64,000 nt of DNA, taken from contig CAWFDF010000008.1 of NCBI GenBank assembly GCA_963814585.1, positions 256,001 through 320,000 of the forward strand, written 5' to 3'. The stretch's first letter is position 1, and each line of letters starts with the position of its first letter. A program made the position numbers and the translations under genes. The notes beneath the pieces were generated by a model, which made no database searches, was not told the origin of the DNA, and saw only the letters and a program-made list of their open reading frames with translations. Positions 18,672 to 26,860 of the stretch are shown in pieces. Origin of the DNA: an uncultured delta proteobacterium (GTDB taxonomy: Bacteria > Myxococcota > Myxococcia > Myxococcales > Anaeromyxobacteraceae).

Positions 18672-21461
18672 TCAGTGGGCCTCGGCCCAGCTCCGGCCGT
18701 GCCCCACCTCGACCAGCAGCGGCACGGCCAGGCTGGCCGAGGCCTCCATCTCGCGCCGGAGCAGGGTCGAGACCCCGGGCACCGCCCCCTCGGCCGCCTC
18801 GACCACCAGCTCGTCGTGGACCTGCAGCAGCATCCGGGCGTCGAGCCGCTCCCGGGCCAGCGCCGCGTACACCCTGAGCATCGCCACCTTCACCACGTCG
18901 GCCGCCGTGCCCTGGATGGGCGTGTTGACCGCGGTCCGCTCCGCCGCCTGCCGCAGCGCCGGGTTGCGGGCCGAGATCTCCGGCATGGGGCGGAGCCGTC
19001 CGAACACGGTCCGGACCTCCCCGGTGCGTCGCGCCTCGGCCACGATCGCCTCCAGCCAGCGCTTCACCCCGGCGTACCGGGCGAAGTAGCGATCGATGAT
19101 CCCCTGGGCCTCTCGTGGCGGCATGTCGAGCCGCTGGGAGAGTCCGAACGCCGAGAGGCCATAGGCGATGCCGAAGTTGAGCACCTTGGCCACGCGCCGC
19201 TGCTCGGGGGTCACCGCGCTGGCCGCCACCCCGAAGGTCTCGGCGGCGGTGCGGGTGTGGACGTCCTCCCCGGTCCGGAACGACTCGAGCAGCGCCGGAT
19301 CAGCCGAGTAGTGGGCCAGGATCCGCAGCTCGATCTGCGAGTAGTCGGCCGAGACCAGCCGCCGCCCCGCCGGCGCCACGAAGGCGGCGCGGATGCGGCG
19401 CGACAGCTCGGTCCGGACCGGGATGTTCTGCAGGTTGGGATCGACCGAGGAGAGCCTTCCGGTGGCCGCTCCCGCCTGGTGGAAGGTGGTGTGGATGCGC
19501 CCGTCGGCCGGATCGACCAGCAGCGGCAGGGCGTCGACGTAGGTCCCCTTGAGCTTGGCGAGCGAGCGGTGCTCCAGCACCAGCCTGGGGAGCGGGTGCT
19601 GCTCGGCGAGCTTCTCCAGCACCTCCACGTCGGTCGAGGGTCCGGTCTTGAGCTTCTTGAGCACCGGGAGCCCCAGCTCCTCGAAGAGCACCTTTCCCAG
19701 CTCGCGGGTCGAGGCCACGTTGAAGGGGTGGCCGGCCGCCTCGGTGAGCCGGCGCGTGAGCTCGTCCATGGCGGCGCCGAACTCGGCGCTCATGGCCTCC
19801 ATGGCCGCCGAGTCGACGGCGATCCCGGCCCGCTCCATGTCCAGCAGCACCGGGACCAGCGGCCGCTCGACGTCGCGGTAGAGCGGTGACAGCTTCACCG
19901 CCCCCAGCTCACGCACCAGCGCGGCCGCCAGCGCCGGCAGCACCGCCGCGCCGGGCCCCGCCCAGGCCGCGATCCGTTCCACCTCGGCGCCCTCGTGGCC
20001 TCCGGCGCCCCGCTTCTCCCCGTCGGTCGGATCCGGCGGCAGCTCCAGGCCCAGCCGCTCGCGCGCCACGTCGGACAGCGCGTGCTCCCTCCGCGTCGGG
20101 ATCAGCAACCGCGACATCAGCTCGGTGTCGTCGCCTGGTGCCGAGAGCTCCAGCCCGAGGCGCGCCAGGCGATGGGCCACCGCCTTCCGGTCATGGGCGT
20201 GGATGGGCCGCTGGCCCTCGAGGATCGGCCGCAGCGCTCCGGCCACCGCCGCGGCCGGGAGCGCCGCCGGCGAGCCCAGGTAGCGGTGGCCCAGCGGCAG
20301 GTAGAAGGCCCGTCCGCCGCCGGCCAGCGCCAGGCCGACCACCGGATCGGTTCGCGGCGCGTGGCCGTCGCCGAGCACCGACAGCCCGAGCTCCGGGGCC
20401 TGGCCCAGCGCCGCCACCGCGGCCGACAGCGCCGCCTCGTCGCCCACCACCTCGGTCCGGGCCGGGAGCTGGAGGCCACCCGGAGCCATCCCGGCCGGCT
20501 CGACCGGATCCGCCGGTCTCGCTTCCTCGGGCCGGGGCCCCGCCGCCCCGCCGCTCGCCCCTCCACCGCCGCCGGCCGCCAGGCCCGGCAGATCGCGCAG
20601 CAGCCGCGTGAAGTCCAGCTCGGTGAAGAGCGCCCTGGCCTTCTCGGTGTCCACGGGCCGACGCGCCAGCTGCTCGGGATCCCACGGGAGCTCCATGTGG
20701 GCGTCGAGGGTCACCAGCCTCCGGTTGAGCCGGAGGCGATCGGCTCCGGCCACGATCTTCTCCTTGAGCTTCTCTCCGCCCCGCTTCACCGCCGCCGGGA
20801 TCTCCTGCGGGCGCGCCAGCATCGCCTCCACCGAGCCGAAGTGGCGGATGAGGGCCGCCGCCGTCACCTCGCCCACGCCCGGGATGCCGGGAACGTTGTC
20901 CACCTTGTCGCCGAGCAGCGCCTGGTACTCGATCACCTGGGAAGGGGGCACGCCCATCTTCTGCTCCACCTCCGCCGGCCCGCTCCAGCCACCCTGGCCG
21001 CGCGCCTCGGCCATCGGGTCGTAGAGTCGCACCCGGTCGTCCACCAGCTGCCCGAAGTCCTTGTCGCCCGTGACGATCACCACTTCCCAGCCATGGCCGC
21101 GCGCGTGCGTGGCCAGCGTGGCGATGATGTCGTCGGCCTCGAACCCCTCCTGCTCCAGGATGGGCACCGAGAGGGCGCGGGCCACCTCGCGGACCAGCGG
21201 GAACTGAGGGACCAGGTCATCGGGCGGCTCGGGCCGCTGCGCCTTGTAGGTGGGGTCCAGCTCGGTCCGGAAGCTGCGTCGGCCGGCGTCGAAGACCATG
21301 GCCACGTGTGTGGGGGCGTGCTCGCGCAGCGCCTTGAGCACCATGTTGGTGAAGCCGAGGACGGCGTTGGTCGGCACGCCCCGTGCGCTGGTGAGCGGCG
21401 GGATGGCGTGGTAGGCGCGGAAGATGAAGCCCGAGCCGTCGATCAGGGTCAGGGTCGGCAC
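18672..21461 (-). CDS. polA: DNA polymerase I
   Basis: LIDGSGFIFRAYHA, EADD, VTGDKD, GDKVDNVPGIPGVG; polymerase motifs ADYSQIELR, AKVLNFGIAYG, LLQVHDEL. Confidence 0.97.
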   Translation of the reverse strand: MPTLTLIDGSGFIFRAYHAIPPLTSARGVPTNAVLGFTNMVLKALREHAPTHVAMVFDAGRRSFRTELDPTYKAQRPEPPDDLVPQFPLVREVARALSVPILEQEGFEADDIIATLATHARGHGWEVVIVTGDKDFGQLVDDRVRLYDPMAEARGQGGWSGPAEVEQKMGVPPSQVIEYQALLGDKVDNVPGIPGVGEVTAAALIRHFGSVEAMLARPQEIPAAVKRGGEKLKEKIVAGADRLRLNRRLVTLDAHMELPWDPEQLARRPVDTEKARALFTELDFTRLLRDLPGLAAGGGGGASGGAAGPRPEEARPADPVEPAGMAPGGLQLPARTEVVGDEAALSAAVAALGQAPELGLSVLGDGHAPRTDPVVGLALAGGGRAFYLPLGHRYLGSPAALPAAAVAGALRPILEGQRPIHAHDRKAVAHRLARLGLELSAPGDDTELMSRLLIPTRREHALSDVARERLGLELPPDPTDGEKRGAGGHEGAEVERIAAWAGPGAAVLPALAAALVRELGAVKLSPLYRDVERPLVPVLLDMERAGIAVDSAAMEAMSAEFGAAMDELTRRLTEAAGHPFNVASTRELGKVLFEELGLPVLKKLKTGPSTDVEVLEKLAEQHPLPRLVLEHRSLAKLKGTYVDALPLLVDPADGRIHTTFHQAGAATGRLSSVDPNLQNIPVRTELSRRIRAAFVAPAGRRLVSADYSQIELRILAHYSADPALLESFRTGEDVHTRTAAETFGVAASAVTPEQRRVAKVLNFGIAYGLSAFGLSQRLDMPPREAQGIIDRYFARYAGVKRWLEAIVAEARRTGEVRTVFGRLRPMPEISARNPALRQAAERTAVNTPIQGTAADVVKVAMLRVYAALARERLDARMLLQVHDELVVEAAEGAVPGVSTLLRREMEASASLAVPLLVEVGHGRSWAEAH

Positions 21462-21628
21462 GCGGGACCATACCGCCACCCGCCGACGCGCGGCAGGGCG
21501 CGATCATTGGTACCAGCGAGAGGCTCCGGGGAGCGGCAGGGCCTCGCCGGCCGGGAGCGAGCCGCGCAGCCCCTTCACCGATCGCTCGAGCGGACTGGTC
21601 GCTGGCGAGCGGGCGCGCCGCAGGCGGA

Positions 21629-21756
21629 CGAGCTCCCCGGCCCGGCGGGGCCCGGCCGCGACCAGCGGAGCCGATGCGCTCTCTACCCGCGGTTCCGGCG
21701 AGCTGCCCCAAGGACCGGCGGGGCCCGCCGCGACCACCGGACCCGAAGCGCTCCCG
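21629..21756. repeat. Two degenerate direct repeats (period about 70 nt) in the gap upstream of polA
   Basis: CCGGCGGGGCCCGGCCGCGACCAGCGGAGCCGATGCGCTC versus CCGGCGGGGCCCG-CCGCGACCACCGGACCCGAAGCGCTC, each preceded by CGAGCT(G)CCCC. Confidence 0.65.
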
Positions 21757-21897
21757 GAACCTGAGAGAGTGGCGCAGGTGGGGCGCGCTCCGGCGCGGTG
21801 GACCTGGTCTGGTTCGAGACCGAGGAATCCGTGGGTCGGGCCAGGAGGGGTTCCTCGCGGCTTGCGTCGGCGCCACCAGATGCCGGCGCCGCCGCGG

Positions 21898-22404
21898 TCA
21901 GGGCATGACCTTGACCGTCAGCGTGGTCCGCTTGCCGGCGCCGTCCACCAGCACCACCGAGGCGCGCCCGGCCGCGGTGGCGGTGAGCACCACCGCCTCG
22001 CGTTCGGGCCGGACGGTGACGACGCCGCTCTCCTCGAAGAGGACGCGGGCCAGCCCCGGGGCGGGGACCCTCCGCTCCTCCCCCGCCGCCAGCTCGATCT
22101 CGCCGGGCCCGACCACGGCCGCCGAGCCCGCCTTCCTGGCGGCCACCACCGTGACGTCCCAGGACAGCGCGACGCCGTCGTCGAAGACGACCTCCAGCTG
22201 CGAGCGCCCCGCCTTCAGCGCCGTCACCTTGAGCCGGGATCCGGCCGCCTCCAGCAGGAGGATGTCCGCATCGCTCACGCCGAGCTTCGCCACCGGCCGC
22301 GTGAACTCGAGCGTCACCGCCTGCCGCTCCCCCAGGTTGAGCGGCACCGCCGAGGGGGCCGTGGGGGTCACCAGCAACGCCACGGCCATCAGGAGAGCAG
22401 GCAT
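21898..22404 (-). CDS. Secreted protein with two pilus-formation N-terminal (CpaC/RcpA N-like) Ig-type domains
   Basis: Signal peptide MPALLMAVALLV; two repeats (L..GE..., L.VTALKAGRSQLEV / VLTATAAGRASVVL). Confidence 0.6.
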   Translation of the reverse strand: MPALLMAVALLVTPTAPSAVPLNLGERQAVTLEFTRPVAKLGVSDADILLLEAAGSRLKVTALKAGRSQLEVVFDDGVALSWDVTVVAARKAGSAAVVGPGEIELAAGEERRVPAPGLARVLFEESGVVTVRPEREAVVLTATAAGRASVVLVDGAGKRTTLTVKVMP

Positions 22405-22919
22405 CGGATCCTCTCCGCGCAGATCAGGTACTCGTCGCCGTCCTCGATGCGCCTGCGCTCGATGCGCGCGCGGTGGAACCAGGTGCCGTTGGAGGAGCCG
22501 AGGTCCTCGATCCACCAGCCGTCCGGCTCGCGCTGGATGACGGCGTGCTCCCGCGACACCTTGGCGCTGTCGATGACCAGGTCACAGTGGCGGCCTCGCC
22601 CCACCACGAACCGGTCGGCGGTGACGGTGGCCAGCAGCCCGGCCTGGCCCATCAGCCGCAGCGTCGGGACCGGCCTGGCGGCCGGGATGGCCCGCTCCAG
22701 GTCCCTGGCGGTCTCCAGCACCCGCTTCGCGGTGGCGGCGCGCCCGCCACCCTCCTCCGGCGAGGCCTTCCCCTCGGGGATCGCCCCGTGGAAGCGCAGG
22801 AAGGCGTGGACGGCCTGCCGGACCAGCACGTCCCGGTCGACGCCGAGCCGATCCGCCAGGCCCCCGAGCGCCATCCAGAGGTCCTCGGGGATCTGCAGCT
22901 CCCGGAGCGAGCGCTTCAT
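22389..22919 (-). CDS. FHA domain protein with a putative N-terminal ribbon-helix-helix
   Basis: FHA motifs VVGR, SAKVSREHA, WIEDLGSSNGT; N-terminal ELQIPEDLWMALGGLADRLGVDRDVLVRQAV fits the RHH pattern. Confidence 0.82.
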   Translation of the reverse strand: MKRSLRELQIPEDLWMALGGLADRLGVDRDVLVRQAVHAFLRFHGAIPEGKASPEEGGGRAATAKRVLETARDLERAIPAARPVPTLRLMGQAGLLATVTADRFVVGRGRHCDLVIDSAKVSREHAVIQREPDGWWIEDLGSSNGTWFHRARIERRRIEDGDEYLICAERIRCLLS

Positions 22920-22952
22920 GGCCTCGACGGTCGCACGCCGCCAGCGCCCCGG

Positions 22953-25460
22953 TCAACGGATGGTGGTGGCGTTCTGCGCCGCCGCCGAGGCGGCGAAGTC
23001 GAGCACCATGTTCCCGGTGAAGGTGGCGAACCCGTGGATCCCGTCGGCGGTGGAGCCGGTCGCCTCGGACCGGTCGTGCAGCAGGACGCCGCCGGGAAGG
23101 ACCGCGCCGCTGGTGACGCCCCCGGTGTAGGGAACCCGGACGGACGGGACGAACCCGCTGGCGGTGCTGAAGGTGACGTAGGCGCCGCGGTCGGGCGGGG
23201 CGTAGCCCCCATTGGGCCGAATCACCCCGACCCTGAACGAGACCAGCGGGCCATTGGGCAGCGGGAACACCAGGCTCGCGGGGGGGACCGCCCAGGTGCC
23301 GTAGCAGGCAGGCTCCTTCGCCTCGCTGCACCGGTTGGTCACGTAGAAGAGCCGGCGGGCACGGCGGGCCAGGACCAGCCGCTCGCAGGTGGCCCGGCAG
23401 CTGATCACGTCGGCCTCGCACGCGGCCACCGCCCCGGCCGGCGGCGGCCAGTCCGCGGGTGCATCGGGCATGATGGGGCACGAGAGCAGGTCCTCGTTCT
23501 CGTATCGAACCTGGAACATGGGGATGGTGGTGTCGGTCGGATCGAAGACCTCGACGGGCCGGCCGACGTAGCCGGCCCGCTGGCCTGCCGCCACGTACCC
23601 CCAGGACCGCACCGTCACCCTCAGCGGAGTCTCGGCGCCCGCCGGCAGGCAGGTGGGATTTGCCGGCTCGGTCTGGCCCGGGTTGATGGGCTGGGTGGCG
23701 GCCGGCGTCAGGGCGATGGCGCCTCCGGGTGCGTCCGCGGTCGGGGGCAGGAGCCCGGTGACCACCATCTCGAACTGCCCGAGCGGGCAGACCCCGGCCG
23801 GGAAGCCGCCGAACTCGACGATGTCGAAGGGCTGGATGGCGAGGCGAGGATCGTAGACCCGGACCACGCTGCGCCAGGCCTCGCTGCCGGGCCCGGTCAA
23901 CCCGGTGGCCTCCTGGAGCGCGACCTGGACCGGCGCCTGGGGCGCGCCGGCCGGGACCCTGGCCAGGGCGAGGCGGCTCCCCAGCCCCGGCAGGACCCCC
24001 TGGTAGGCCACCGACCAGGTGTCGTTCGGGGTGAAGCCGGGCGTCACCACCACGCCGAAGGCGGCCTGGATGTCGACGAGCACGACCCACTCGGTCTGGG
24101 TCCCGCTCGGTGGCAGCAGCTGCCAGAAGCCGACGGTGTTGGAGGTCACGCTGGGCGCGTAGGACGCCGACGAGATCACGCGGGCGCGGCTGCTCCCCGT
24201 CAGCGAGGAGATGTCATTGGCGATCGCGAAGTGGGAGAGGTCGGCGAGGTAGACCCGGCCCGAAGACGAGGAGATGCTCGCGATCGACTGGGTCCAGCGC
24301 TTCCCGCTCCCGGGCGCCAGCTCGAGGTAGCCGGGGACGGTGCTGTGGAGCGGTGCCCCGCTCACGGCCAGGTCGACCACCTCCCCGTCCACCTGGAGGG
24401 GAAACTGGAACGGCAGCTCGCCGGCCGGATCGGGCGCCGGCCCTCCCGCCACCGGATCGAGGACGGCGACGCCACACGGCATCGAGCGGTCGCGCCCGCA
24501 AGCCCGGGTGTCGATGGCCGCCAGCACCCTGGGCACCGCGGGGCCGAACTCGTCGAAGTTGGGGACGGAGGCCTCGTAGTTGCTGTCGACGAAGGGCGCG
24601 ACGTCGAGCGCGGCGACCCGCGTGGTCCCGGCGCGCGCGGCGATGGCCCGCACCGGGAAGGGCCCGGGGGGTGAGGTGGGGGCCAGGTCGAGCTGGGCCA
24701 CCCCGAGGACGCCGCCGGCGCCGGGGATGGGATCGATGGTGGCCGCGTAGAGGTACCGGCCGTCGGGCGAGACGGCCAGGTCGAGCGCGGTGAAGCCGGG
24801 GTCCTGACGGGCCGGCGGCCCGAGCTCGATGGCCTCGCCACCTGCCACCCGGGAGGCCTCGATGGTGACGAGGGCCCCGCCGGTCAGCCCCGCCACGATC
24901 CGCGCCGCCCCGGGCCTGACGCGGAACCCACCGGCCCCATCCGGCTCCAGGACCGGCGTCACCACCAGGGACAGCAGGTCCTCGTCGGGCGCCACGCCGC
25001 CGAGGTCGACGGGAGCCTCGACGCGGGTGGCCTCCTCCCAGGTCACCACCGCCTGGAGCACCGCCGCGTACTGGCCGGGGAAGCCGGGGCGCTGGACCAG
25101 GCCGGACGGCGCCACCACCAGGAGATCGGGGCGCGCCAGGGGGTTGAGCTCGGCGTCGACGTCTCCCAGGCGGCCCGCCGCGATGAGCGAGGGCCGGGGC
25201 TCGGTGGGCACGGACAGGGCGGCGACCAGGGTCGGCCCCAGCTCCCCCTGGTCGGTCACCGCGTCGATGATGCGCAGGTCGTCGCCGCGGGTGTTGGAGA
25301 CGGCCAGCAGGTGCCGCAGCACGCCCGGCTGCGAGGCGCCATAGCCGCGGTAGACGGCGATGCCGGTGGGGCCGTTCATCTTGAGGGTCGGCCGGGCGGT
25401 GTTCTTGGCGCAGCCGGCCACGGCCATGGCGACCAGCACGGACGTCACGAGGCGGCTCAC
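22953..25460 (-). CDS. Large hypothetical lipoprotein (about 835 aa), probable beta-propeller N-terminal part
   Basis: GTGA overlap with the upstream gene; lipobox VAGC; DLAVSPDGRYLYAA; strong GC3 bias in this frame. Confidence 0.72.
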   Translation of the reverse strand: MSRLVTSVLVAMAVAGCAKNTARPTLKMNGPTGIAVYRGYGASQPGVLRHLLAVSNTRGDDLRIIDAVTDQGELGPTLVAALSVPTEPRPSLIAAGRLGDVDAELNPLARPDLLVVAPSGLVQRPGFPGQYAAVLQAVVTWEEATRVEAPVDLGGVAPDEDLLSLVVTPVLEPDGAGGFRVRPGAARIVAGLTGGALVTIEASRVAGGEAIELGPPARQDPGFTALDLAVSPDGRYLYAATIDPIPGAGGVLGVAQLDLAPTSPPGPFPVRAIAARAGTTRVAALDVAPFVDSNYEASVPNFDEFGPAVPRVLAAIDTRACGRDRSMPCGVAVLDPVAGGPAPDPAGELPFQFPLQVDGEVVDLAVSGAPLHSTVPGYLELAPGSGKRWTQSIASISSSSGRVYLADLSHFAIANDISSLTGSSRARVISSASYAPSVTSNTVGFWQLLPPSGTQTEWVVLVDIQAAFGVVVTPGFTPNDTWSVAYQGVLPGLGSRLALARVPAGAPQAPVQVALQEATGLTGPGSEAWRSVVRVYDPRLAIQPFDIVEFGGFPAGVCPLGQFEMVVTGLLPPTADAPGGAIALTPAATQPINPGQTEPANPTCLPAGAETPLRVTVRSWGYVAAGQRAGYVGRPVEVFDPTDTTIPMFQVRYENEDLLSCPIMPDAPADWPPPAGAVAACEADVISCRATCERLVLARRARRLFYVTNRCSEAKEPACYGTWAVPPASLVFPLPNGPLVSFRVGVIRPNGGYAPPDRGAYVTFSTASGFVPSVRVPYTGGVTSGAVLPGGVLLHDRSEATGSTADGIHGFATFTGNMVLDFAASAAAQNATTIR

Positions 25461-26860
25461 GGCTGGATGCTCCCGATGCGAAGTGGCTTCCCCGCCAGGA
25501 GCGTCCCGGCGGGGTGACGAAGCAGGTCGGCGCTGGCCGGCGAGTCCAGCGGCACGCTCAGGACGCTCACCGTCCAGTCCCGGAAGGCGGCCACGTAGAC
25601 CAGGGCCTCGGCGCCGCGGTCCTCGACCGCCATGGCGGTCGGATAGCGCCCGGCCTCCGGGATCCCGGAGGCCTCGTCGATGGTGAGCACCCGGACCACG
25701 GCCTCGACCTCGCCGTCGTAGACGCGGAGCGTCCCGTCTCCGGGGCTCGGCACGACCACGACGTCGCCCAGGCCGGGGCGCACCGGAAGGACGCGCACCA
25801 ATCCGGCCCCCAGGCCCAGGGGGACGATCTGGCGAACCCGCCCGCTGGGCTCCCCGGCGACGCCCTCGTCCAGCTCGACGACCAGGAGGGCCCCGCCGAT
25901 GTCGTACGGTGGCCGCGAGTAGGTGGCCATGGCGTAGGCCTCGTCGTAGATCCGGGCCGCGACGTAGGCGAGGCGGGGGCGGCCGGGCTGGGGGTTGGAG
26001 AGGGCGATGCCCACCAGCTCGGCGCCACGCGCCGAGGTGTAGAGATCCACGGTCTGGACCCGGGGGGTCGGGCAGCCGGCCGCGTCGTGGACGCAGGCCG
26101 GCAGGTTGAGGATGAAGAGCGGTGCGATCAGGCCGGCGAAGCGGCCCACCGCGTAGAGCCGGTCGGTCTCGGCGTCGTAGGCCATGTCGCTCACCGGCCC
26201 GAGCCCGAGCGCGATGGTCCGTGGGCTGGCGCCCATGTTCCCGGCGTCGAACTCGGAGAGCCAGCCCGTGCCGGGCTTGACCTGCCCGACGTAGGGCGAT
26301 CGCAGGTAGCTGAGCCAGACCGAACGCCGGAGCCCGTCGGTGCGGCAGGCCAGGCCGATGGGCGCCGGGTCGAGCAGATCCGGGTCGAGGGCGAACTGGC
26401 ACAGCTTGTCCACCTCGCACGGCTGCACCGAGCCATCGGCGCCCACGGGGAACCGGTAGAGCTTGCGCGTGTAGCGCGACGCCACGTACGCCTCGGGACT
26501 GGCGGTCCAGCCCGGACAGGTGTCGGCGTTGGCCACCGTCACCGGCCCGGCGTAGCTGCCCAGCCGGACCCCCTCCCCGTACTTGACCAGGGCCCCGTCC
26601 GGCCGCCCGGCCGAGCCGCCCGTTCCCGAGGCCTCGTCGTAGAGGCCGGGGTCGACCGACAGCAGCGTCGCACCGGACTCCTTGTCGTAGCGGAGGTCGA
26701 AGTTGGCCGAGACCACCAGCAGCGCCTGGTTGCCACCCGCCGCCGGCGTGAGCGCCAGCCCGGCCGGTGCGAAGAAGTGGTCCATCGGCGGCGGCGTGTG
26801 CGCCACGTTCTCGCCGCACGCCGCCAGCGCCAGCAGGAGGATCGCGGCCGCCGGCCTCAT
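25457..26860 (-). CDS. Hypothetical beta-propeller lipoprotein (about 467 aa)
   Basis: ATGA overlap with the glyS stop; lipobox LAAC; blades FFAPAGLAL, LLVVSANFDLRYD, DRLYAV, LVYVAAF. Confidence 0.75.
   Translation of the reverse strand: MRPAAAILLLALAACGENVAHTPPPMDHFFAPAGLALTPAAGGNQALLVVSANFDLRYDKESGATLLSVDPGLYDEASGTGGSAGRPDGALVKYGEGVRLGSYAGPVTVANADTCPGWTASPEAYVASRYTRKLYRFPVGADGSVQPCEVDKLCQFALDPDLLDPAPIGLACRTDGLRRSVWLSYLRSPYVGQVKPGTGWLSEFDAGNMGASPRTIALGLGPVSDMAYDAETDRLYAVGRFAGLIAPLFILNLPACVHDAAGCPTPRVQTVDLYTSARGAELVGIALSNPQPGRPRLAYVAARIYDEAYAMATYSRPPYDIGGALLVVELDEGVAGEPSGRVRQIVPLGLGAGLVRVLPVRPGLGDVVVVPSPGDGTLRVYDGEVEAVVRVLTIDEASGIPEAGRYPTAMAVEDRGAEALVYVAAFRDWTVSVLSVPLDSPASADLLRHPAGTLLAGKPLRIGSIQP

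Noticed and set aside
21629..21756. Two repeats as a possible mini-CRISPR
   Set aside because: Only two degenerate copies, too long, with a very short spacer and no cas genes.
21755..21800. CTCTCAGG on the minus strand suggesting a glycine riboswitch
   Set aside because: The upstream GGAGA and CCGAAG elements are not properly present, and the downstream gene is polA.
21795..21880. GGTTCGAGACC and CCACCA suggesting a tRNA or tmRNA
   Set aside because: The T-stem does not pair, the spacing to CCA is wrong and no cloverleaf can be drawn.
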